64,000 nt of DNA, taken from contig CAJFCJ010000004.1 of assembly GCA_904063045.1 (NCBI GenBank), positions 2,411,713 through 2,475,712 of the forward strand, written 5' to 3'. Both the position numbers and the translations under genes were made by a program. This document shows positions 40,335 to 52,521 of this stretch, piece by piece (position 1 is the stretch's first letter; every line of letters starts with the position of its first letter). The DNA is from Dimorphilus gyrociliatus (taxonomy: Eukaryota > Animalia > Annelida). The notes beneath the pieces were generated by a model. The model worked only from the letters and a program-made list of their open reading frames with translations, was not told the origin of the DNA and made no database searches.

Positions 40335-40680
40335 GCTTAATTAGTAATTAATAAATAAATTGGAATTTAAAACAGTATCCTATGAAGTATATAGTTAGAT
40401 GGATGTATTGTTTTCTGTCCTTGTTATGAATGTCTTCTTATTTGCTAGAAACAGGTTTTGAATAAAATTAAAAAGAAATGAGGTCAAATTGAGAAAAAAT
40501 ATATATATTTTATTAAAAAAACTATTCATATTAATGCCTGAAGGGAATATGTTAATTAGATTTATTCTAGAATAAGATATGGTTGAAGAGAAACTATTAT
40601 TTAAAAAGTGTTCAACTTTTTTTCTTGAATATCATCTTTATCACTTGCTATATATATTTATATATATATATTTAATTTCT

Positions 40681-41483
40681 TTAGGGTTTCGGGGTTGGTT
40701 TCGGGGTTGGTTTCGGGGTTGGTTTCGGGGTTGGCTTTGGTGTTGTTTTTACATTCTTGGCTTTAGCGGCTTTAGCCTTCTTCTTCTTTTGCGCTATCTT
40801 CTTCTTCTTTTCTGCTACCTTCTTCTTTTTAGCAGCTTCGTTCTTTTTCTTGGCTTCTGTCTTCTTTTTCTTGTTGGCTTTGCCACCTTTCTTACCAGGT
40901 CCTTTACCGTGTCCCTTTCCGGGTCCCTTTCCATGTCCCTTTCCGTGTCCCTTTCCGTGTCCCTTTCCGTGTCCCTTTCCGTGTCCGTGTTCAATTCCGG
41001 TTGTATTAAAGTCTGTAGAATTATGCAGATCTCCCCATTCGTCGATATCAGTATGATTTCCTACAGTGAAATTTCCATCCGCCCATTCTGTACCACTGTG
41101 TTCTCCGTCGAGATGTTTTTCAGTATCATCTGTCAGATGCCAGCCATCATCTCCCTATACAAAGAAATACTTATTCGCAATGATTGGCAAGAAGATAAGG
41201 ATTACACTGTTACTTTATTTATTCGTTTTGTTAAAAGAGAAATTTACTTTTTCTATAAAAGCTTTAACTAATCAAAACGGAATTAAAAGTTTAAAATAGA
41301 AAAAGTTGTTTTTTTAAAAAAACAAACAAAAACGAAAAAGATAAAGCAGCATAATTTATAATAGAAGAAGAAGAAGAAAAGAGAAAATTAAAATGGAATA
41401 TTTACCGAACCATGTTCAACAGTTGGAGAAATAAGGTTTTGTATCAGAAATACAGTTATAGATATAAAGATGAACGTCTTCAT
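40681..41483 (-). CDS. Secreted low-complexity block protein (183 aa): signal peptide, acidic N-glycosylated block, (GKGH/P)7, poly-Lys block, (TPKP)5; exons 41483-41406, 41154-40681
   Basis: Exon 1 MKTFIFISITVFLIQNLISPTVEHGS|GTAAAT. Acceptor TTTGTATAG|. Exon 2 is open for 157 codons to TAA at 40683-40681. Synonymous variation among repeat units supports coding. Absent from the ORF track because exon 2 has no start codon. Confidence 0.88.
40684..40742. repeat. 12-bp tandem repeat (GGTTTCGGGGTT)n encoding TPKP
   Basis: About 4-5 visible copies. Confidence 0.95.
40893..40990. repeat. 12-bp tandem repeat (GTGTCCCTTTCC)n encoding GKGH/GKGP
   Basis: About 7 visible copies with codon-level variants. 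Confidence 0.95.
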
Positions 41484-41591
41484 AATTAATACAAAATTAT
41501 AGTTAACGTTCCAAACACGATTGTTGAACTACTGCATTTAAAATGAATTATTGAAGTATTTTAAATGGTAAAAGGTAACAGGATGTAAAAT

Positions 41592-41627
41592 ATGCAAATG
41601 CGATAATTGATAACATTTTTGACGTCA
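41592..41627. promoter_or_regulatory. Octamer (ATGCAAAT, 41592-41599) and full CRE (TGACGTCA, 41620-41627) upstream of the secreted block-protein gene
   Basis: Exact motif matches 110-145 nt upstream of ATG 41483. Confidence 0.35.
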
Positions 41628-43627
41628 AACAATAAAAATATTGTTTCAATTGTAATAGTTAAAATCTATTTAGAGAAAATAGAAAGAAAACTGCGGGCAT
41701 CAAACTGTTACGCTTTTATTTAGACATGAAATATTCATATCCGATTTTATTAGTCATAATAATAATTTCAGAAATGTAAGCTTTATATCATAAACACACC
41801 TTTGGAAAAAATGTATTAATAGTTGTCGATGAATCATTCAAATAATTTATGTATTTCGGTGTATTTATAGTTTGATAAGCACTTCCATACGTGTAATATC
41901 ATTTATTATCATTAATCATACGATCGATTTTAATAGGTATTGCATAAATAGAGCTAATATAAACATGAATGTATATTATGCAAATTCTATAGCCTTTTTT
42001 TATAGATAAAAGTATATACTGTATTTATATGTTGTTTGTAAGAACATGACTATATTGAATTATTTAGAAATATACAGCTAATAGAATGTGATTTAACACA
42101 TTAATTTGAAAATTCACCAGATGTTGTCAATTAATTTGCAACTGGATAAATGCAATTGCTTCCTGTTGCTAAAGAGCTTATACGCTTTTGCTTACTCGGA
42201 AATTAACGGCTTATTTCACATTTCCTTTGATTCAACCCCTATCTTTTTGCCTCCCTCCTCCCTCTCTGCCTCTGTTTCTTTGTATTTCTGTCCATTTGTC
42301 TGTATAAATGAGCGTCTAGTCCCATCATCCCTCCCTATCTATCTTACTCGTTTATATTTCCCTCCTCTAGTCTTTCATCATTCCTAACGCTTATATTTTT
42401 CTCTCTTTTCATCAACTTTTAATTCGCCATTTATCAACTGTTCTTCAGTTATTTTCTACATAGAAGAAACAAATTCGCTGACTGACGTAGTTAGTATGAA
42501 AAATAAAGTTTTTATAATACAATTTTTGAATTTTCCTCTTTATAATGTAATTACCAATTATATTAATTGCTAAATAATTACCAATTGGTAACGATTACAT
42601 GGATAAAAGAGACAATAGAACTATCCATAGTTTTGTCTCTCTCTCTCCCTCTGTTTAACAAAATAAAAGTACATAAAAAAATGTTATAAATACTTTATTG
42701 TTTTTTGTTCTAAAAATGAGAAGAACGGAAATTAAAAGAGGAAAAGAGAAATTAAAAGAATATTAAGATGATTACCTTTCTTTATATAGATTTAATAGAT
42801 TGTTGAATATCTGAATAAAATTCTTATTTATTCCTCTTTTATTCAATTTTAACTAATCTTTTCCTCTTTTATTTCAAAACAATGACCTATTTATAGGTAA
42901 TTTTTAACGATTAACAAGTTTAGAATAATAATTAGGCAATAAATATTCAAGTTTCTTTATTCATCGTTTCCTTTTAGGTCTAATTCAATTAAAATTATAT
43001 ACTCTATACCTTTTCATCTATGTTTGAAGACTCAAAACCATAATTATTTCATCTCTCTTCTCCTCCTCCCACCCTCCCTCTCTTCTAGTTATTTGTAGGT
43101 AAAACTTTATCTAAGCTATGTAATTAGGTATTTTTCTCAAAGTATTAAATATTTATTAACTGTCACGAGTTATTAAACGCCTCTCTTATTTAATTATTCA
43201 ACATTTCATAACTTTTTTGTTAATATTACTAAAGAAAAAGCTACTGCTCTAAAAAATCTTAGTAATGCCCATTTTCTGTAATTCTTTCAAATTTAGAAGA
43301 GTTTCCGGGTAATTATTTCAAATAACGTTAATTTTAGGTGTATCCTCCATATAAAATATTGTGCTGTTATAGACATATATATATATAGGATATTTTCTCT
43401 CTTCTTCCCTCCCTCTCTCTCTCTTTCTGTTTCTTCTTCTAGACGAGATGAAATTATTGCCAATTTTACCAGCAAACGGTCTTCCTCCTACTAATCTTCT
43501 TTTAAACTCTTCTTTTCGACATACTAATATCATATAAAAAGGTTATTAGAATGATTATGTATGCGCTTTTGCTTAAATTTGCAAAGGATTTAAGAGAAAA
43601 GTGCAAAGGATATGAAGAAGACGAAAA

Positions 43628-43668
43628 AGAAGAAGAAGAAGAAGAAGAAGAAGAAGAGAGAGAGAGAA
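43628..43668. repeat. (GAA)n-(GA)n microsatellite
   Basis: Directly visible. Confidence 0.9.
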
Positions 43669-46600
43669 TAGAAAAAGGTTGTTTTATTTAGTTAAGCTGT
43701 GTTAGAAAGGAATAAAAGAAATACTTTTATTCTTAAACAAACAGTCTTAACCGAAAAAAAATAAATATTTTCTTTTTACCTATTTTCTCTCTTTATCTTA
43801 TTAATTACTTTGCTTAATGTAATAATAAACTAATTATTTTTTAGGCCTAAATTATCTTCTTTATCGTTTAAAGATTATAATATTAGCCATTATTCATTTA
43901 ATACTTAATCCCTTTTTGTGTTTTCTTTCTTGTTTTATTTTTAATTAAAAGATTAACTTTTTTTCTTTCTTTCGCCTTGGGAGTTTCCTCTTTGTCTCAT
44001 CTTCTTCGGCTAGTATTACTGCCATTACTACTGCTACTACTACCGCAGCAATCACTTCTACTTCTTCTCCTTATTCTTTTCCTTGTATTATAATCCCGTT
44101 GGAAAATATTTACATTTCATTTATTTCATTAGGAAAAAAAGTAATAATAGAGGAGAAAAATAGAGGAAATTCAGTTCAACTTTTAGTGATACGTTAATTA
44201 AAAATGAGTTGTCAAAAGAGCTAATGTCCTCTTTTGGGGACACGTCACATATTATTGCCAATAAAGGAAAACACCTGCTGAAAATATTTCCAAATAGTTA
44301 TAGAAACTTATATTTTAGAAAAAGTATGTCTATCGATTAGGAATTCTATATAAACTTTATCGGAAGAAGAGAAGTAAAAAACCGTTAAATTAAGACTTGT
44401 TAGCCTTTTTACGAATTCTAACAAGTGCTATCTCTTTAAATGTAATTTATTTTAGAACCACGTTGTTAATTATGTTTTGGAGACGATTCTGAAGACGACG
44501 AGAAGAAGAAGAAGAAGAAGAAGAAAAAGGACAAAAGAAATAGTTTTAGCTTTAACTTTGTCAGTTAAATAGGTTAATTGTGAAATAAATGATTTAAACT
44601 AGAATTTCACTTTAACGATTCATTAAACTACAATGAATAGGCAATAAGATGGCGAATTGTATGTAAAAAGTTGAGAGAAGATAGAGCGTACAGTATAGTT
44701 TATATGTTAGGCAGAGTAGTTGTAATTAATGTCGCAGGAATATAACTCAGTGGCAGCCAATGGTATTTTTTACATTGTTAAAAGAATACAACAGTCAACA
44801 TTTCACACGTGATGTGAAAATATCTAATTTTAAATGCCTAGCTATATTTGTTCCATAAACAATACCTTTTGAACTGTTTGCTTATCCTCTTACGTAATAT
44901 ATTTTACCCATATATAGCCTACAGTTTATCTTAGGATAGCTTTTCAATCAAAGTTTGTGACTATAGTCCATCTACAAGGCGATAATCCTTTAATATCAAC
45001 AAGATTTGGAGATTTTAAGTAGATCCTAGGCTAAAAATGGATATTAAAGCTTTAACAAGCACTATACCGTCTTACCTGTCGAATGGTCTAAATCTGTCTT
45101 AATTAGATGGAATGTAACAAATACATATATTTATATATATATATAAATAGCATACACAGTACATAAATATTATATACAGAATATATATAGATCAGTTTAT
45201 AAATAAAATGGAAATAGGTACATATTAGCATGTACTGTGTCTAATGTATATTTATCTAATATCTATAGTATATTATATTCATACTGTGATGAAATCAATA
45301 GAGAAAGAAATAACAAACAAATGATTTCTAAGCTCTTTTCTCCCAATTTCGTTCGTAGAGCATATGGTAATAGAAACAGAAAAGAGGAATTGTGTAAAAT
45401 GATATTAATCTTCTAAAAATATTGAGTTCTTCTTATATCAGAGACATCAATGAAATAAGATATCTTACTGTCATACAAGATTCGTTCTCTTTATTTATTT
45501 TATTCCCTATTACTTTTTATTACACATCGAAATTGTCTATTGATTTTACTGAATGAATTTTTATACTTGTTTTCTTAGATAGGATGGATTTTACTTGGTA
45601 AAAGTCTACCATCAGACATTTTCTTTTTCCTATTCCATTCGAAAAGGAAGATAGAAATGAAGATGAAAAAAGAAACATTATTTTCTATTTCTTCCCTTAT
45701 TTCCCACAAAAATAACTTTGGAAATTTTATTAATTATTTCAATTTAATTTTAGGTAACAAAATCCTTTTCCTCTTTGCCTTCCTCACTTCTCTTCTCTGT
45801 TCCTCTGTCTCTATCTATCTGTATTTTCTCTCTCTCTCTCTGTCTGTACTTTCCTACATTCTCTATTATGATAAGAAATTTGAGCCGACAGAAATTACTG
45901 TCAATGTGAGACAAATCTATATGAATATATACATTATACATATAGATATATACTAATATATATAGTATGTATTTATTTAAATGTAGCAGTGAATGAATGA
46001 TAAACGAATTGTCTTAGTTTTATAAATGTAAATGCTTTCTTCTCTTCGCTTCCCGTTGAGGAGGTTTTTTCGCCAAGAAACTTGTCTAAACTTTGAAAGG
46101 TTTCTCAGTGACCTTTCCGTACTTCACTGCACATGTACGATTCCATCTTATTTCTAATTCTTAATGCTAGAAAACTATCTTATTTCTTGCCTTTCAAAAA
46201 GGAATAATTTTTATTAAAGGAAAAGAAATATAAACTGAGAAATGAAAATCTTCCTCCCCTTCTTGTCTTGCTTTGCCTACTCGCTTCATTCATCCATTGT
46301 TGTTTATATAGAAAGTTAATGTTAAGAGAAGAAAAGAAATGAGATAATTTAACAATAATTGTATTGTTATAATTATTCAAATAAACTAATTTAATTATCT
46401 TATAATTTTTTTCTATTCCAAGCAGACGAATAATTTAGTCATTTACCAGTTTAATACTACTTATTGGCAGAGTAAAACCCCTTAGTTTATCTCCATACAA
46501 GTCAATCAAATGTAACCTTTTTGACAGGAAGAAGAGTGTGATCAGCATTGTTAAAAGTAGAAGGAATTTCCAATTATTGCCCAGAATGATTTCTAGATGA

Positions 46601-46703
46601 ATTAGAAGAGAGAGAGAGAAAAAATAAAGAATTCTTTTAAAGGTCAAACGATAAAATCATCTAAACTAAATAGAACAAAGATGATAATGTAATATTTTCA
46701 GTG

Positions 46704-48332
46704 TTACTCTTTCAACGAATTGATTGCGTATTCTCTAATAGATTTGCGTTGAACTTTGTTCGTATAGGTTTTATGAAGCTCATCAATAAAAACAACATTA
46801 TCAATATTGCATGCATAACCCAAAGCTGGAAAACTTGGTATGTTTTCACTGCAATACTGCAAAATGTTCTCTTTGAGAATCTCTTTGTTGTTGTCTAAAT
46901 AATTCTCCTTTAATTGAACAACAGCGCATAAACTCTCCCCCAAACGGTCGTCTGGTATTCCTACGACGATAACGTCTTTGATGCATTCAAAATGTATAAT
47001 TTTCTCTTCTAGTTCCAATGGAAAAAATTTTACGCTGCCGACATTTATCTCATCGCAACGCCTTCCCGTCACTCTTGCCGAACCATCCTTTTCTATTACA
47101 CCAAAATCTCCGGTATTATGCCATCCATTCAGTGGCACTACTTTACGCGTTGCCGACGGGTTGCCTCGATATTCTTTAAGGCATCCTCGATTTTTGACCC
47201 AAATATGACCTGTCTCTCCCCTTTCAACAACCTCTCCCATATCGTTTCTGATTGTAATCTGGCTGAAAGCTGGTAATTTCATTATAGGCTTAAGATTGTT
47301 TTTCATGAAAATTCGAAAGAACATTGCCCCAAATTCGACAGCTCCGTATACATCGATAAGTATAACATTTGGAAGTATGTCGAACAATCTAGATAAGAAG
47401 GTATTATTTAGAACTTGTCCTCCTGTTAGTATAAATTTTAACGTTCCATCCAACTCTTTTAACTCTTCTTTATGATTAAGTGAATCACAAAGTAAATAGC
47501 CCAAGAAGAAAGCCATTGGACATTTTTCCAATTTCAATACCTTTAAAGATTTTTTGCAGTTGGCTGTTTCTTGTGCGGTAAATTTGGAGAAAATTGATTT
47601 TCTACCTGTAACTATCGATGTTATTATAAATCCAAAACCACCTGTATAAGACATTTGCCGATCGACAAAAGAAGTATTCTGAAAGCTGTCATTCTCTATT
47701 ACTTGACATATATACGACCATTGACTATGCTGAACTAATTTGGGCATGCCAGTCGTTCCGGATGTAAGAAGAACTATCAAATCATTTTCCGAATTAACTT
47801 TGGGTAAATTAATAGTGTCATCATTGTTTTCTTTGATTAAATCATTATAGAGAAGGAGTTTTTTTGCGGGTATATAATCAAATTTTTTTGCTTCTCCTAT
47901 TAAAACAACAATGGGAATTTCCTCGATACTACTTGAAGGGATTTCCAACAAGTAGTTTTCCTCAATAACAAGAGCATCCGGTTTAATATGAGATAGTATA
48001 CCTTCCAGTTGAATTTTATTCGAGACTAATACTGTATTTAGTCCGAGTCTTTGTAAACCCATGAAAGAAATTGGAAATTCTCGACAAGTTGGTACTAAAA
48101 GTAAGACAAGTTCGGATTTCTTTACGCTTCTTAGAAAGTTCTTGGCAAAATTTCTTGACGACTTACTCCATTCAGAGAAGGAGAGGCTCGATCTATTTAT
48201 ATTTCCGTCGTAGAAAACTATCGCTTCATCGTCGTCTTTATTTTCATTCTCCCTTTCATCCAGAAACTGATTTAAACTTTTAAAGCATTCAACAAAATTT
48301 TCCTTAACTGCCCCGCATAAGTAGGAAGACAT
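46704..48332 (-). CDS. Acyl-CoA synthetase / AMP-binding enzyme (ANL superfamily, ACSF2/4CL-like), single coding exon (about 542 aa)
   Basis: LLTSGTTGMPK AMP-binding loop, YGAVE, GWHNTGDFG, GRRCDEINVGSVKFFPLELE, VGIPDDRLGE and terminal NKVQR Lys. The ORF-track start is GTG; ATG is at 48332. Confidence 0.93.
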   Translation of the reverse strand: MSSYLCGAVKENFVECFKSLNQFLDERENENKDDDEAIVFYDGNINRSSLSFSEWSKSSRNFAKNFLRSVKKSELVLLLVPTCREFPISFMGLQRLGLNTVLVSNKIQLEGILSHIKPDALVIEENYLLEIPSSSIEEIPIVVLIGEAKKFDYIPAKKLLLYNDLIKENNDDTINLPKVNSENDLIVLLTSGTTGMPKLVQHSQWSYICQVIENDSFQNTSFVDRQMSYTGGFGFIITSIVTGRKSIFSKFTAQETANCKKSLKVLKLEKCPMAFFLGYLLCDSLNHKEELKELDGTLKFILTGGQVLNNTFLSRLFDILPNVILIDVYGAVEFGAMFFRIFMKNNLKPIMKLPAFSQITIRNDMGEVVERGETGHIWVKNRGCLKEYRGNPSATRKVVPLNGWHNTGDFGVIEKDGSARVTGRRCDEINVGSVKFFPLELEEKIIHFECIKDVIVVGIPDDRLGESLCAVVQLKENYLDNNKEILKENILQYCSENIPSFPALGYACNIDNVVFIDELHKTYTNKVQRKSIREYAINSLKE

Positions 48333-48998
48333 GATCACTCTTTTGTTGATACCTATGGATATATCTAAAACGAGTGAAGTAGCCCACGTTCAAACGAATT
48401 TATCTCTGGTGAAAATAACATTTATATCAGCCTTGACCTTAATTCACTTTTTGTCGATATGGCCAATCGTATTCAGTAAATATCTAAAAGACTACTTGTA
48501 TAAAATTTTTTTACAATCTGTCTATCTATTCAATAAAAATTTATCATTGATAATTTTTGTTGATTAAAATAGAAAGAAATAAAAGAATCGTACGATCCTC
48601 TTTGATTTTTAAAAAATAAAACAATTCTTTCTATTTTATCATTTCTATTGAAAATTAGAAAATGGGATTTTGTAAGAGACATTTATTGCTTTTTATAACA
48701 TTTTTTTTGTCAATATTTAATGTAGATAAAAATACTTGAGACAGTTTTTCTTCTTTTTTTTTTATCATAGTCGCCTTTTGGCTATGATTCTAAAATTGGA
48801 ATAAACTAGAGTACCATTTTCTTTTTTAGATGACTGCGTAAATGCAGTAGGAATATAGTTAAAAGATGTGCATTTAATAATACGATTCAACTATGCCGTG
48901 TATTTATGGAATTATGTAAACGAAACCTTGACATTGGAGTTTTATAGTTGTGCTTATTATATTTAAACAGTATATACTATAGTCATTGGTATTTTTAG

Positions 48999-51453
48999 TC
49001 AATCGAATAGGGGATCTGGAGGTGGGGGTGTCACGTTAGCAGTACATTCGGGAGCCTCTAGACTATATAAATCAAGCGTCATTAATCTCACTTGTATTTC
49101 ATTAAGAATTAATTGGTGCAATTCTTCTCTTCCTTCGTCATCGACGATAATATTTTCTCTCCTTATTATACTCTCTAAACCATAGAACCACGCCTTACAT
49201 ATTTGATCATTTCTAAAGTGCATTACAAGTTCGATATAGCTACATTTCGCCTCTGCTGATCGGATCTTTATGGTGAAACTTTCCGATTTGAAGTTATTTA
49301 CTTGCGAAATATCTTTCAAGTCAACTGTAAAACGAACGTAAAATGAATAAACATTATATATACAATATATATACAATAATTATTTAATATTGAGTACATT
49401 ATAGATTAATCAATGATTAATAAAACTTACTACGAGGGGGTGTTTTATCACTGTTCGACGAACGGGGAGACTTTAAATGACTGATAACCTTTATAAGATA
49501 CTGGCCGTTGTTTGACAATATCCAATGGCTTTTAGAATCTTTTATCCCTTAATTAGGCAAAGAAATAATAGAATATTGTTTAATTAGTTAATTATTTAAT
49601 TAATTAATAAAATTTCTAGTTACCACTTAATTTCATATGACCAATACCATAATGCTTTTGCATTATCCTCACTCTGCGAGATTGAATAACATCTCCGCAA
49701 TAGCTCTCTAGCTTAGCGTTCAATTCTCTAAGTTTATAGAGGAAATTATTGAATTATAATTAGTAGACTTAATTAGTATTCAAACAAAAAATTACAGAAA
49801 ATTTTTGCTATCTCTTAGATTCTTATCTTTATCAATCGCCTCTCTTTTGTTATTATCATAGATTTCGGAGAAGGAAGCCTGTTGAAGATTTTCGTTTAAG
49901 CCATCAAAGTTAAAGATATCGGTTTTTTGTAAATTTGGAAGAACTTGATATAAAATAACGAATGACGCCGCTAGTTGAGCGTCTTTTTCGCTTTTTCCCA
50001 ACATTTCCGAGAAAGTTTTCGGAAAAAGATTTGCAGCTGAACAGAACAATTCTTCAAAAGCAAATTCATTGAATAGAAAGGTTAACGGTGGAAGAGAGTC
50101 GATAGAGTACGAAAGAGCATCCTCTACTTATTTAAGAAATGAAATAATAATTATTATTATCATTAATTAAGAATTCGTATGCAAATTAAATATGCAAATA
50201 TTTACTGTTCTGGTCTAATTTAAGGATCTTGAGAAGGTTTGTAACCAAACATTGGCTGACTTTAATAAATGAATACGTACTATTGATACAACTGAAAAAG
50301 AAATTCTTATCCTTTTCGTATAGATAATCTAAGCATCTTATAGTTAATTTTCCGTAGGAAAATGAAAAATCATCAATTGGATTATTCGGATTCTTTAAAA
50401 GAGAAATTAAAAAGATATTGATAGATAATTAAAAAGAAACAAGAACAATTCAAACCCTAAATCCATTCTGTTCAAGTTTATCTTTTAAACAACTATTTGA
50501 ATAGGAGGAAGTTATTTTCTTGACAAATTTATCGACTGTTTGTAAATCTTCCTGTACAAATGAAGAGAAAAGTAAATTTATTTTTTTAGTTTGGTTATTG
50601 ATTTTTTTGCCCCCGTCTACTACAAACAACGTTTTATTTTCTATATAAACATCTTTCGTGTTTGTTTTCTTTTTATTATTTTATTTTTTTTAGCTCAATG
50701 AATCGGCTTTTAAAAGTTGTAATTAATTTATTTCTTTGCTTTATTGTTGATCAATGGCAATGTATTGATTGGTGGAAAAATGTTAAATAAACCACAAATA
50801 GGCTTATTTAATTTTGACTTGAACGTGAAAAATTGTCTATAAGACATATGTACAGTCTAAAAATATTAGTATACAGTATATACTGTATATATAGACTGAT
50901 ATTTAAAACTAACTGTTACGGTGTGCGTTAGTTAATTGATTCTAGTAAAAGATGATATCTTTGCAACATGATTTGTAAAGAGAGGGAGGCAGGATTTCAA
51001 TTCCTTTATTCATTAATCAGAATAAATATAGGATACTGTTGTTTATATACAGTATTTTTACATTTTATTAACCTGATTCTCCTTATTCATTGGTGATAGA
51101 CTATGTAATCCTACCATAGCTTTTACGGCAACAATTTGTAGAGATTTTAACTGATTCATAATCTGAAACAGTAACGATGGCGTATTCATTGCGTCTCTTT
51201 CCAAATCTTTGATTGTACATTTAAAGAGCGGACACTCCAAAAAGATATCTCGAAGTTCGAACTTTAATTAAAAAGAAAGAATTAACTTGAACAGACGTTT
51301 TTATAAATGAACGAATATATAGATAAAAGAAAAGAAAAAAGAAAGATAAAAGACAGAAATCTATACTCAACCAGTAAGTCATTGTCCAGAAAATTTTCTG
51401 AAATATGACCGTTTAGTTTCTTCAACGCTTCTAGCTTTGTTCTAAGGTTTTCG
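48999..51453 (-). CDS. ELMO: Divergent ELMO/CED-12 homolog (ELMO domain + PH + C-terminal Pro-rich), multi-exon; 5' exons probably extend to about 52.3 kb
   Basis: Exons give KLEALKKL, NQLKSLQI, GFR|NPNNPIDDF..LDYL, FEELFCSAANLFPKTF and CKAWFYGLESII..ELHQLILNEIQVRL..PPPPDP, collinear with ELMO1 motifs recalled from memory. Start not resolved. Confidence 0.75.
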
Positions 51454-52521
51454 CTGTGAAAGTGTTATAAGACTTTAATGGTTATCAAATAAACATAAAG
51501 AAAATTTGACTTTGTCTTTCTCTTACAGCTATATACTATATATAATTAGTATTTATACAGTCTATACTAATATATATATATATATTCGCTCTGTATTCTA
51601 CTATTTCTGTATCAATTTAATGTTTCCTCCAACTGTGAATAATTAATCATTTCAAAGATAATTTTAGGGAAGGAAAGGAAGAGAGACTAGTTAAAAATGA
51701 ATGTAGAAACTAATATAAGAGGACAAGTATTCTTCTTCTTCATCATTATCATCATCACCGCCATCGTCATCGTGTTCTTTTTTTATCCTTCAGCATTTTT
51801 CTCATTTATAAATAAATGAGAAAAACAAGAAATATAAAAGATAAATATAGGCAAAGAAAATGAGTAAATGAATACGGAAATGTCTTAAAAAAAGAAACAA
51901 TATCTATCCTAGTTGTAAGACCTAAAGATTAAATCAATGCTTTAAACATTCCTTCATAATCTTTAATAAAATAATTTAATAACGGATTATTCTGATTATT
52001 TAAATAATATGCTTTAATATATTTTCGATAATTCTCCTCAGCTGTTGTATCTTAATATTAATAATAAAAAATAACAAAATATAGGATGCTCTACCTGCAA
52101 AGATCGGTTTTGACCTCCATATCTTCGAAGAGTGATGATTCGTAGCCGTTTCTTTGCTATTATCTCTTTTGTTTTTATTGGCTATAGAAAATTCTATAGA
52201 ATGAGTTTAGTAAGGGAGTTGAAAATTTTCTCCCAAACTACGGTTCTGTACAAAGACAATATTGATTCAGCGCATAGCTTGCAACAAGTAATTTGGCACA
52301 GGCCAAAATTGTTAGGTTATTGGTTAATGCTGGCAAAAAATATAGAAAAATTTTGTAATTCCTACTAGGCCTATTCTACATCTTTTTGTATCTTAGTTTG
52401 TTATTTATCCGGTGTTGATTTTAATCAGAAAAAAGAATTTTCTAGTTGTGCAAATTAATAAGATTATTGTAATAGCAATAAATAGTCTTTTTCCGATATG
52501 TTCAATAGAGATAGAGATATC

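Noticed and set aside
40579-41299. Plus-strand ORFs (230, 99 and 77 aa) with GWFR/PFPC repeats
   Set aside because: Antisense shadows of the minus-strand Lys-rich gene, which has the signal peptide and splice sites.
42000-46600. 4.6-kb interval with a YY1-like AAGATGGCG (44646) and E-box CACGTG (44806)
   Set aside because: No ORF, exon chain or repeat structure that I can support; the motifs are isolated.
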